A DNA stretch of 64,000 bases from a virus (Duplodnaviria > Heunggongvirae > Uroviricota > Caudoviricetes). Below the pieces are notes generated by a model. The model saw nothing but the letters and a program-made list of their open reading frames with translations, had not been told where the DNA came from and searched no databases. The stretch lies in IMG/VR virus record IMGVR_UViG_3300045988_158394, one strand, 5' to 3'. A program made the translations under genes and the position numbers. Of this stretch, positions 11,435-19,456 are shown piece after piece; within the stretch, counting starts at the first letter, position 1, and each line of letters begins with the position of its first letter.

Positions 11435-11566
11435 TTAATAGTCATTGATCGCAAAGGCGTAAACTTGCCAAAGGTATTTCGTATAATCGGTACAAATCTC
11501 CTTTACGCTTGATGCTGCATTAACAGTCCCAGCCATAAATAATAACGATAGTAATAGTTTTCTCAT
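11435..11566 (-). CDS. 43-aa secreted peptide (MRKLLLSLLFMAGTVNAASS...)
   Basis: Not in the ORF track (under 60 aa); AGGTGAGG RBS 6 nt before ATG; clear signal peptide. Confidence 0.35.
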   Translation of the reverse strand: MRKLLLSLLFMAGTVNAASSVKEICTDYTKYLWQVYAFAINDY

Positions 11567-11662
11567 TATAACCTCACCTGCCTTATAACCCATTTAGGGT
11601 ACATATTTTCGCCTTTAAAAAAAAGAGGTTATTAGATCCAATTGTGTATTTATTAAGCAGAT

Positions 11663-11679
11663 AATGCTCTAATAAATTT
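11663..11679 (+). promoter_or_regulatory. C1-repressor operator (16/17 match to ATTGCTCTAATAAATTT) ahead of the immI operon
   Basis: AATGCTCTAATAAATTT in the AT-rich intergenic region upstream of c4/icd/ant. Confidence 0.65.
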
Positions 11680-11866
11680 GTATTTTTAAGTCACGAATGC
11701 TATCTTTTCGCATCATATTGACCTTTTAATCGTTCAGGCTTATAGTTCCGCCGTCGTAGCAAATTCTGCGACCGGGTTTAGCAGCCTGAATGATTGTGCG
11801 GACAGCCGCAGATATCCGATATTGCGGTATTTTTGTGTCCGTAAAACCGCGTTACGCCCAAATTAT

Positions 11867-11943
11867 GGTGGGGCGTGATGGGGAGGCTTCGGCCTGCTGG
11901 TTTCACAATCGCCAGTCTGCTAACCCCGTCACGTCCTGCCACC
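11867..11943 (+). ncRNA. c4: c4-type antisense RNA (tRNA-like fold, about 77 nt)
   Basis: GGTGGGGCGTGATGGGG...CCCCGTCACG..CCTGCCACC forms a closed stem; internal CCTGCTGG and TCTGCTAAC are complementary to TAGCAGG and TTTAGCAG just downstream, ahead of icd. Boundaries approximate. Confidence 0.5.
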
Positions 11944-11993
11944 TGTTTAGCAGCGGGTAGCAGGTTGTTAAACCTGATTGTGAGGCCGTAACT

Positions 11994-12215
11994 ATGGTTA
12001 ATGCCAATCCTTGCGCACGCCCAGAATTCATCTGGCGTTTCTATTCCTGTAAAAAACACCACTATCACTTCGTTATCGCAGCAACTGAAGACGAAGCACG
12101 CTCTCAATTGCCTGATGGCCCCTGCATTTTTACTGCCCGTTTTTCAACTAACTCGCGCAATTCACTTAGTTACTGGAGCCTCCCCTTCTCTGCCGACGTT
12201 CAGGGGGTTTTATGA
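11994..12215 (+). CDS. icd: Icd (interference with cell division), 73 aa
   Basis: 73-aa ORF immediately after the c4 region; stop overlaps the ant start (ATGA); same length and position as P1 icd. Confidence 0.7.
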   Translation: MVNANPCARPEFIWRFYSCKKHHYHFVIAATEDEARSQLPDGPCIFTARFSTNSRNSLSYWSLPFSADVQGVL

Positions 12216-13255
12216 AAAAACCTCTCGTCACCCGTAATGACATAGCCGAAGCGATCGCCCTGCATACTGCCTGTATGCCGACACGGGAGATCCCCGGCGC
12301 AATTGCCAACTATTTCATGATAACCAGGCGTTTTTATACCCGAACAGATAAGGCTGTGATCAACAGGCTACTGATAGCCGAGATCAGGGATTATTTGATT
12401 GAACAAGGACGTCTACGTTACGCAACGGTGGCAGCAGAAATGAGAAAGGAGGCACATAGAATGACCAGTAATAATTTGAATGTTAAAAAACCAGCATCTG
12501 TTGCTTCAGCTACGCCATCACCAGCTGTGAATGTTATCTCCAACACTGGAGATACAATCGACAGCCAGACGCTGTTAAAGATGGTTAATGAGGCGCGCAA
12601 GCTATGTGGGGAAAATGAGATCCGCAATAACGATTTTCTCAATAGAATTAAGGATGAACTTGATGGGGAATTTTACGAAACTTTCGTAAAATCCCATGGC
12701 ACAAGGGCCGGGCGCTCTTTTGAGGTCATAACCATGACCTACAAACAAGCCCTGCGAGTCGCCGCGCGCGAGTCAAAAGCGGTCCGCCGTTCGCTGATCG
12801 ACAAACTGGAAGAATTACAGCAGGCAAACTCCCCTACCCCATCGATCCCCCAGACATTACCAGAAGCCCTACGCCTGGCTGCCGAGTTAGCAGAACAGAA
12901 AATGCAGTTGGAACAACAGCTGGTGGCCGCAGCCCCTAAAGTCGATTTTGCCGACCGGGTATCAGTGGCCAATGGAATCCTGATCGGGAACTTTGCAAAG
13001 GTCGTTGGACTTAAGCAAAACGCCCTTTTCTCATGGTTGCGCCAGAATGGCATTCTCATGGCTTTTGGAGCGCGCAAAAACGTACCGCGCCAACAGTACA
13101 TCAACGCCGGGTATTTCACGGTGAAAGAAGTGGTGCTGAATGATGAAAATGGCTACCAGATACGGCTGACGCCCCAATTAACGGGTAAAGGCCAGCAGTG
13201 GTTAACTCGCAAGCTACTTGATGCTGGTTTGTTAAAACCAGTAGCAATAGGTTAA
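12212..13255 (+). CDS. ant1: Antirepressor Ant1, with in-frame internal start giving Ant2 at 12461
   Basis: 347 aa; strong AAGGAGG RBS precedes internal ATG at 12461; C-terminal KilAC-like domain (ILIGNFAKVVGLKQNALF...GKGQQWL). Confidence 0.75.
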   Translation: MKKPLVTRNDIAEAIALHTACMPTREIPGAIANYFMITRRFYTRTDKAVINRLLIAEIRDYLIEQGRLRYATVAAEMRKEAHRMTSNNLNVKKPASVASATPSPAVNVISNTGDTIDSQTLLKMVNEARKLCGENEIRNNDFLNRIKDELDGEFYETFVKSHGTRAGRSFEVITMTYKQALRVAARESKAVRRSLIDKLEELQQANSPTPSIPQTLPEALRLAAELAEQKMQLEQQLVAAAPKVDFADRVSVANGILIGNFAKVVGLKQNALFSWLRQNGILMAFGARKNVPRQQYINAGYFTVKEVVLNDENGYQIRLTPQLTGKGQQWLTRKLLDAGLLKPVAIG

Positions 13256-13332
13256 CAAAAGAAAAAACCTGCCAGCAAACTGGCAGGTTTCTGAGCAGAT
13301 CGTCCAACCCGATCTGGATCGAGTCAGAAAAA

Positions 13333-13349
13333 TTTGCTCTAATAAATTT
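13333..13349 (+). promoter_or_regulatory. C1-repressor operator (16/17) upstream of kilA-repL
   Basis: TTTGCTCTAATAAATTT about 70 bp before the kilA start. Confidence 0.65.
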
Positions 13350-13418
13350 CGTTTTCTAAGTGCAAAGAATCACCATTTCGAGCTGGTGATTGAAGGTTGA
13401 TGCAAATTTGGAGAAAAA

Positions 13419-14219
13419 ATGCAACAAACATTCAATGCGGATATGAATATATCAAACCTTCATCAAAATGTCGATCCTTCAACCACTCTGCCCGTTATTT
13501 GTGGTGTTGAAATTACGACCGACCGCGCTGGCCGTTACAACCTTAATGCTCTACACAGAGCGAGCGGACTCGGTGCCCATAAAGCGCCAGCTCAATGGCT
13601 AAGAACGCTGTCAGCTAAACAGCTCATCGAAGAGCTTGAAAAAGAAACTATGCAGAATTGCATAGTTTCGTTCGAAGGCCGTGGCGGCGGCACTTTTGCC
13701 CATGAATTGCTCGCAGTGGAGTACGCTGGTTGGATTTCTCCCGCGTTTCGGCTGAAGGTAAACCAGACATTTATCGACTATCGAGCCGGAAGATTACAAC
13801 CTGCTATTCCGCAGAGTCTCCCTGAAGCTCTCCGTTTGGCTGCCGACCTGGCAGAGCAAAAGCAACGGCTGGAACAAAAAATGCTTATGGATGCACCTAA
13901 AGTCGAATTCGCCGAACGCGTTGCTACCGCCAGCGGGGTTCTAATCGGCAACTATGCCAAAGTGCTCGGCCTGGGCCAAAACTATCTCTTCACCTGGTTG
14001 CGTGATAACGGAATTCTGATCGCAACCGGTGAACGCAGGAACGTCCCCAAACAAGAATACATATCCCGTGGGTATTTCACCCTTAAAGAAACCGTGATCG
14101 ATACAAGCAATGGAAGCAGGATTTCTTTCACGACTCGTATAACCGGCAAAGGTCAGCAGTGGCTGATGAAGCGATTGCTTGATGCTGGTGTGCTGGTACC
14201 TGTCGCGGCAACGCGCTAA
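13419..14219 (+). CDS. kilA: KilA (KilA-N domain plus KilAC-like C-terminus)
   Basis: 266 aa; N-terminal KilA-N-like segment (YNLNALHRASGLG...AHELLAVEYAGWISPAF); C-terminus paralogous to Ant. Confidence 0.7.
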   Translation: MQQTFNADMNISNLHQNVDPSTTLPVICGVEITTDRAGRYNLNALHRASGLGAHKAPAQWLRTLSAKQLIEELEKETMQNCIVSFEGRGGGTFAHELLAVEYAGWISPAFRLKVNQTFIDYRAGRLQPAIPQSLPEALRLAADLAEQKQRLEQKMLMDAPKVEFAERVATASGVLIGNYAKVLGLGQNYLFTWLRDNGILIATGERRNVPKQEYISRGYFTLKETVIDTSNGSRISFTTRITGKGQQWLMKRLLDAGVLVPVAATR

Positions 14220-14248
14220 CAGACGTAGTAAGAACCACCAGCATTGTA

Positions 14249-15094
14249 ATGCTGGCTAAAGTCACTTTCCTGAGCTGTATAACGATGAGCGATTTTACTT
14301 TTTCTGGCTATGAATTGGCCTGCTTTGTAACACACTCCGGTCTATCCCGTAGCGCCGGGCATATCCTGTCGCAATGTGCAAATCTCGCGGCAACAACCAG
14401 TGAATACTTCATTCACAAGCCTCACCGCCTGATCGCGGCAGAAACTGGTTATAGCCAATCAACCGTCGTTCGTGCATTCCGTGAAGCTGTAAACAAAGGA
14501 ATTCTGTCTGTAGAGATTGTTATCGGCGATCACCATGAACGTCGCGCTAACCTGTACCGGTTTACACCATCCTTTTTGGCCTTCGCACAACAAGCCAAAA
14601 ATGCGCTGATTGAAAGCAAATTAAAGATCTCTTCAGCGGCAACCAAGGTTAAAGCTGTTCTCGCTAAGACATTGGCTTTATTTAATTTTTTATCCACTCC
14701 CCCATGTCAAAATGATACCCCCTCCCCCTGTCAGGATGACGTGGCAATAAAGAATAAGAAGTCACAAGTTAAAAAAACAAAAAGATCAGTTTCCGGCGGT
14801 GCCGGAACGACCAGACTCAAAAAATTGACTTCATGGATCGCTGAGGCAAAAGCAAAGGCTGACAATCTGCGGTTATCCAAAAATCGCGCTCAAAAACATG
14901 AGTTCAAGCAGAAGGTAGAGGCGGCAGCGCGGAAATATGCTTACCTGAAGAACAAGCGTTCTCCTGATATTGGCGGGGTATCAAACTTCGATAATCTGCC
15001 GCATTGCATGACGGTAAACGAAGCTCTTAATGCGGTTTTAGCCAAAAATAAAGATAACGAACAATGGGGTATACCGGCAGGATTCAGAGGGTGA
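14249..15094 (+). CDS. repL: RepL lytic-replicon initiator
   Basis: 281-aa ORF directly after kilA; length and position match P1 repL. Confidence 0.65.
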   Translation: MLAKVTFLSCITMSDFTFSGYELACFVTHSGLSRSAGHILSQCANLAATTSEYFIHKPHRLIAAETGYSQSTVVRAFREAVNKGILSVEIVIGDHHERRANLYRFTPSFLAFAQQAKNALIESKLKISSAATKVKAVLAKTLALFNFLSTPPCQNDTPSPCQDDVAIKNKKSQVKKTKRSVSGGAGTTRLKKLTSWIAEAKAKADNLRLSKNRAQKHEFKQKVEAAARKYAYLKNKRSPDIGGVSNFDNLPHCMTVNEALNAVLAKNKDNEQWGIPAGFRG

Positions 15095-15144
15095 TAGATT
15101 GCTCTAATCTGGAGTCACCTGGCGTTTTCAGTTTGAGGTCGGAG

Positions 15145-15390
15145 ATGCAATCTGATTTTTTACAGTTAGCGATCGCTTTTGCAGGATATGTTTGTATTGG
15201 CTTCTGTGTATACATGATCAGCCGAAAAATGCTTGTCGATATCGACCGCAAAGAACGAGCAGAGGAGATCTTAGTATGGATTTTCTTTGGCGCGGTCTGG
15301 CCATTAGGGATCATGTTTGCTGCAACATTTCTTCTGATGTGGATATTCACCCTTCCAGGTGATTTCTATAGAAAAAAAGCCAGACATTGA
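15145..15390 (+). CDS. Small membrane protein (two predicted TM helices)
   Basis: Start chosen at ATG 15145 after GAGGTCGGAG; the track ORF 15064-15390 has a longer N-terminus. Confidence 0.4.
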   Translation: MQSDFLQLAIAFAGYVCIGFCVYMISRKMLVDIDRKERAEEILVWIFFGAVWPLGIMFAATFLLMWIFTLPGDFYRKKARH

Positions 15391-15464
15391 TACAATCGTT
15401 GCGGGTGCTTGAGGCTATCTGCTTCAGGCATTACCCGAAAAGCAGATAGAAGAAAGCCCCAGAT

Positions 15465-15530
15465 AACATTACGCGTCCTGCAAGACGCTTAACATTAATC
15501 TGAGGCCATATCTATGCTTAGCATACGTAG
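15465..15530 (-). ncRNA. Putative Sok-like antisense RNA (position inferred)
   Basis: Inferred from hok/sok organisation: antisense to the mok-like leader/start region. No promoter verified; boundaries are a guess. Confidence 0.25.
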
Positions 15531-15571
15531 ATTAGCCTCTTACCGACCAAAAGGTCAAGGAGAAGCAGGCT

Positions 15572-15727
15572 ATGAAGCAGCAAAAAGCGATGTTAATCGC
15601 TCTGATCGTCATCTGTTTAACCGTCATTGTGACGGCACTGGTAACGAGGAAAGACCTCTGCGAGGTACGAATCCGAACCGGCCAGACGGAGGTCACTGTC
15701 TTCACAGCCTACGAATCTGAAAGGTAA
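15572..15727 (+). CDS. hok: Hok/Gef-family type I toxin (51 aa)
   Basis: MKQQKAMLIALIVICLTVIVTALVTRKDLCEVRIRTGQTEVTVFTAYESER aligns with Hok; AGGAGA RBS; the overlapping 15514-15720 ORF is the mok-like frame; leader resembles the hok mRNA 5' region. Confidence 0.75.
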   Translation: MKQQKAMLIALIVICLTVIVTALVTRKDLCEVRIRTGQTEVTVFTAYESER

Positions 15728-15806
15728 GAGACCTGGCGGGGAGAGATCCTCGCCACTCTTCGTGTGTCAGGTATCCTCAATGCACCCTTTCCTCTCCAAA
15801 TAAAAA

Positions 15807-15828
15807 AGCTCCCGAAGGAGCTTTAAAA
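15807..15828. terminator. Hairpin terminator between convergent hok locus and structural operon
   Basis: AGCTCC-CGAA-GGAGCT stem with an A-run on the plus strand (T-run for the minus transcript). Confidence 0.55.
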
Positions 15829-15843
15829 TACAAGGGATGACTC

Positions 15844-16353
15844 TTAATCCCACTCAATCCAGTTGTAGACGATACGAAGTGACGGGCGCACAGCGGCAGT
15901 CACATCTTCGGTACTAAAGTCGATTGCATCACTGTAGATTTTGCAGTCCAACATTTCAATTGTTGTAGCAGCTTTTGTCACAGCGTTAACCCCGGAAGAT
16001 TTGGATTCAGGGGTAGCAGCCATCGTGATATCAACATAGTCCTTCGCCGCAATGCGATCTTTAATGAACTGAAGAATATCGCCTTCGATAGTCTCCACGC
16101 ACTGGACCTGGATTTCCCCAGAGTTTCGAATTGGACCGTGCTGGTTGAACTTCACACCATTCGGACCATAGTCCTCCACATCCTCGCGGGTCATTTCAGG
16201 AATTTGCGACGTGCGAACCAGTACGCTGATATCTTCATGGCCTGCAAAAGTGAGCTGGAATTCAGAAGATACCAGTCGTTCGCCTTTGGCCGCGTTGGCA
16301 GTATAGCGGCCCTTAATAAATTTACGGTTTCCCTTAGTGTTATTGTGCCCCAT
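15844..16353 (-). CDS. Virion structural protein (possible tail tube/baseplate)
   Basis: 169-aa ORF at the end of the minus-strand head-tail operon; function from context only. Confidence 0.45.
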   Translation of the reverse strand: MGHNNTKGNRKFIKGRYTANAAKGERLVSSEFQLTFAGHEDISVLVRTSQIPEMTREDVEDYGPNGVKFNQHGPIRNSGEIQVQCVETIEGDILQFIKDRIAAKDYVDITMAATPESKSSGVNAVTKAATTIEMLDCKIYSDAIDFSTEDVTAAVRPSLRIVYNWIEWD

Positions 16354-16364
16354 ATAAAATCCTT

Positions 16365-16946
16365 TTACTGGAACGCCCGAACAATATCGGAGCTGTTATA
16401 TATCGAAGAACCGGTCAACTGGAGGTTGACGGTGTTTTTCAGGAAATGCCCATTGCTGTCCCTGGGCGCATCGAGATCGAAACTTATGTCCTGGATAGCG
16501 ACATCAATGATGTTGATCCGGCGACCAATGTTTAGCGTCACACGCTCCGGGATTCGGCCACCAATACTGGCATCTTTAAGTTCCGGGCTAATCATCGCTG
16601 ACAATGCGGCGATAGCTCCTGAAACCTCCGTGAATGGGTCAAACAAAGCGATGAAAGTTACTGGCAGCGTGAAAGTCGGCGGTGTTCCCCCTTCCCAAAC
16701 CATTAAGCTGTTCCAACGGGCCACCGACGTTGTTTCAGTACCAACCTGCGCAAAACCACTGAAAGCACCAGCAACAGACCCCATGGACATACCGGTAAAC
16801 GGCGCTTCCCAATTCTGGGCCATATTCATTGCTGCCCCCTGGCTGATATATCCGGTAACCTGGTACTGAGAGTTCGTTAAAGTAACTTTCAGAAATGGCG
16901 ATACACCGTCAGCCTGGCTGTAAACCCCATAAGGTATAGGTGCCAT
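16365..16946 (-). CDS. Virion structural protein (hypothetical)
   Basis: 193-aa ORF packed between structural genes. Confidence 0.45.
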   Translation of the reverse strand: MAPIPYGVYSQADGVSPFLKVTLTNSQYQVTGYISQGAAMNMAQNWEAPFTGMSMGSVAGAFSGFAQVGTETTSVARWNSLMVWEGGTPPTFTLPVTFIALFDPFTEVSGAIAALSAMISPELKDASIGGRIPERVTLNIGRRINIIDVAIQDISFDLDAPRDSNGHFLKNTVNLQLTGSSIYNSSDIVRAFQ

Positions 16947-16981
16947 TCAAGTTAAAGGCCGGAGTTCTCCGGCCTCCTCCT

Positions 16982-17797
16982 TTAGCCAAGGCGCTTACGG
17001 CGCAGTTTCATTGACTTTTTGCGGGCAAGTTTTGCCGCGCCGGTCTGGGCTTTTCGACGCGCTTTTTTCAGCGCCGATTTTTGAGCCGCAGTCAGACGTT
17101 TTTTACGCAGGCGTTTACGGATGAGTTTGATCTCACCATTACGAACAACCTTCTTAAATGCTTCAGTCAGCATTTCATCAGAAGTTCCAGCAACAACGAA
17201 CGCCGCTTCCAGTTCGTCGCGGTCGTCGCTATCCAAACCAGCGATAGCGGAACCAACATCAGCAGCTGCGTCGTCGTCTTCATCGTCGGCCAGTGCTTCG
17301 ATCAGGTCATCATCTACACCGCATGCTGCGAGGAAGTCAGCAACATTTGCCCATGCTTCGTTATAGGCATCGTCCTGTTCTTCTGTAACTTCGGTGTCGT
17401 CGTCGTCAGAGATACCCGCGATAGCCTGAACGAAACCATCAAGGGAGTCGAAAGTCAGATCACCGCTATCAGCCCAGGCGAAAACGGCGTCGGCCGCATC
17501 ACTCAACGCATTCTGCATAGCACTTCGATTTGCAGCTTCCAGAATCATCTGGTGCGCCTGTTCAACGGTCCATTCTTTACCTTCTTTCCCTTCCAGGATT
17601 TGCTCAGGAGCCTGGTCAGGTGGAACGTTCTCGTTAATCTGTGCCGCCGGTTCCGGATTATTATTAATAATCGGATCTGCTGGCGGTTGTGCGCTTGCTC
17701 GGGCAGACTCCATCAGCTGCACAGGATCAGAGTTCAAAGCGAAACGGGACAGTCCATTCCCCAAAAATGCCCCGGATTGAAAAAAGTTTTTGCTCAT
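16982..17797 (-). CDS. Highly acidic protein with poly-basic C-terminal tail
   Basis: 271 aa; Asp/Glu-rich core (ADDEDDDAAAD, DSDDRDELE) followed by KRLRKKRLTAAQKSALKKARRKAQ...RRKRLG. Confidence 0.5.
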   Translation of the reverse strand: MSKNFFQSGAFLGNGLSRFALNSDPVQLMESARASAQPPADPIINNNPEPAAQINENVPPDQAPEQILEGKEGKEWTVEQAHQMILEAANRSAMQNALSDAADAVFAWADSGDLTFDSLDGFVQAIAGISDDDDTEVTEEQDDAYNEAWANVADFLAACGVDDDLIEALADDEDDDAAADVGSAIAGLDSDDRDELEAAFVVAGTSDEMLTEAFKKVVRNGEIKLIRKRLRKKRLTAAQKSALKKARRKAQTGAAKLARKKSMKLRRKRLG

Positions 17798-17806
17798 TGT
17801 ATTCCC

Positions 17807-19396
17807 TTACTTAATAAGCAGCGGTACGCCCTGGATACGACGGGCTACGCCAGTCGGGCAGCAGGCCCAGACTACTTCCCATTTATCGAATTCCGCCTGC
17901 GTAACTTTCAGCACATACGGTTCTGTACCGTCAGCATCAGGATCACGAGGAGCCACCAGAGCGCCGGAGGCGACAAAGCGATCTAAAAGTTTGGTCATCC
18001 CTTTAGTCAGGCCAACCGCAGTAATACCGTCCGGGCTATGCTTCATCTGTCGGGCTAACTGGACAAAGAAACGGCTGATTGCATTCATCAGGGATGGGAC
18101 GTGCTGGAAGTGCAGATAGTTATCCTGCGTGCAGCAAGTTAAAGCATCATCGATGATCATCTGGCCCGAAGTACCTACAGATACTTTATTGAGTCGGCCC
18201 TTGACCATAGCTTCTTCGTCCGGGGTGTCTTCAGGATACAGCGGCTGAAGTGATGCACGAGCAATGACGGCACGTTCTTCACCAGCCGGTGAGTAATGCC
18301 AACCGCCGACATCGGAGTTTTTCTTAACGCCACGAGCTTTCGCCGCATACGCCGCGCCAGACAGACCGAAGACAACACGGGATTGGGTCCATTTGTCTTT
18401 GCAGGAGAACGGGAAGTGATAGACAGCACAGCTTACATAATCGGTACCAAGTAAACCGGTATCTTCAACAGCAGAGATCGCTTCCGTGTACGTCAATGTC
18501 GGTTTGACATCAAAGAAGCCATCAATCAGGCGATCAGAACAGATATTACCTAACGCGGTGATCGCCGCATTGTCATAGCAACCCAGGCCGAGAACAGCGG
18601 TGTACATGTACGGCGCATTGTTCAGCACCTTAACCGCACGCAGGTAGGCTTCGGTGGAGATTTTCGACTGATCGCCGTTGGTACCGCCAGTGAACGCCAA
18701 CGATTTTTTGTTTGTTACTTTCGCCGTCGAAATCAGCTCTTCATTAACAACCGCGCGCAGATATTTAGAACGGGCTTCCAGAGCCGTAGGCAGATAACAC
18801 AAGCGGCCCATGTCATCTTTTGCTTCTTCCGCCAAAGACACAGTGTGTGTCTCCAGGGTCGTTACCACGCCGAGCGAAGTCGTCTGGGTCAGTTTCAGGA
18901 GGAAGCGTTCATTACCTGCGCTGTCCGCTGTTGCCGTTTCGATGGTTAACTCACGGGTAGGTGAAATACACGGATCACCATCATCAACGTAGATAGCAAA
19001 GGCTTCGCCACTATCAAGTTCAATTTCAGAACCGTATGGCAACGCACTGTAAGCCGGTTCGCCTGATTCATCGAACATAATAATCGGGAACTTCGCATCA
19101 TCCGGAACAGCACGAACAACATAACCTGACGTTTGCTGAATAGCTTCGTATACGTGGCGAATTGGTTCGAACTGTGAGCCGGAAGACGGCTTCAGCGGTT
19201 CGCCGAGAACATCTTCGTAATTGGACTCAGTAACCGCAAGAACAGTAAACGGCTTGCCACGCGCAAATACGCCAATACCAGCCCACAAGCTGCTATTTAA
19301 TGCAACACCGGTAGATAACGTCGCATCGGCATTGATCGGGCTAACAGCGACGCCGGATGCATTACCTAATGACTGTTGAATTGAATATTGAGACAT
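17807..19396 (-). CDS. Putative tail sheath protein
   Basis: 529-aa ORF next to the major head gene; size and position as the P1 sheath gene; no motif confirmed. Confidence 0.45.
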   Translation of the reverse strand: MSQYSIQQSLGNASGVAVSPINADATLSTGVALNSSLWAGIGVFARGKPFTVLAVTESNYEDVLGEPLKPSSGSQFEPIRHVYEAIQQTSGYVVRAVPDDAKFPIIMFDESGEPAYSALPYGSEIELDSGEAFAIYVDDGDPCISPTRELTIETATADSAGNERFLLKLTQTTSLGVVTTLETHTVSLAEEAKDDMGRLCYLPTALEARSKYLRAVVNEELISTAKVTNKKSLAFTGGTNGDQSKISTEAYLRAVKVLNNAPYMYTAVLGLGCYDNAAITALGNICSDRLIDGFFDVKPTLTYTEAISAVEDTGLLGTDYVSCAVYHFPFSCKDKWTQSRVVFGLSGAAYAAKARGVKKNSDVGGWHYSPAGEERAVIARASLQPLYPEDTPDEEAMVKGRLNKVSVGTSGQMIIDDALTCCTQDNYLHFQHVPSLMNAISRFFVQLARQMKHSPDGITAVGLTKGMTKLLDRFVASGALVAPRDPDADGTEPYVLKVTQAEFDKWEVVWACCPTGVARRIQGVPLLIK

Positions 19397-19456
19397 AACT
19401 TTCCCTGTTATGCGCCCCGCACGGGGGCGCTATGTTAAACGGAGAACTTCCCCTGA

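Noticed and set aside
17081-17986. 301-aa plus-strand ORF
   Set aside because: Entirely antisense to the acidic protein and sheath genes; Cys-rich, low-complexity translation; the minus-strand genes have operon context.
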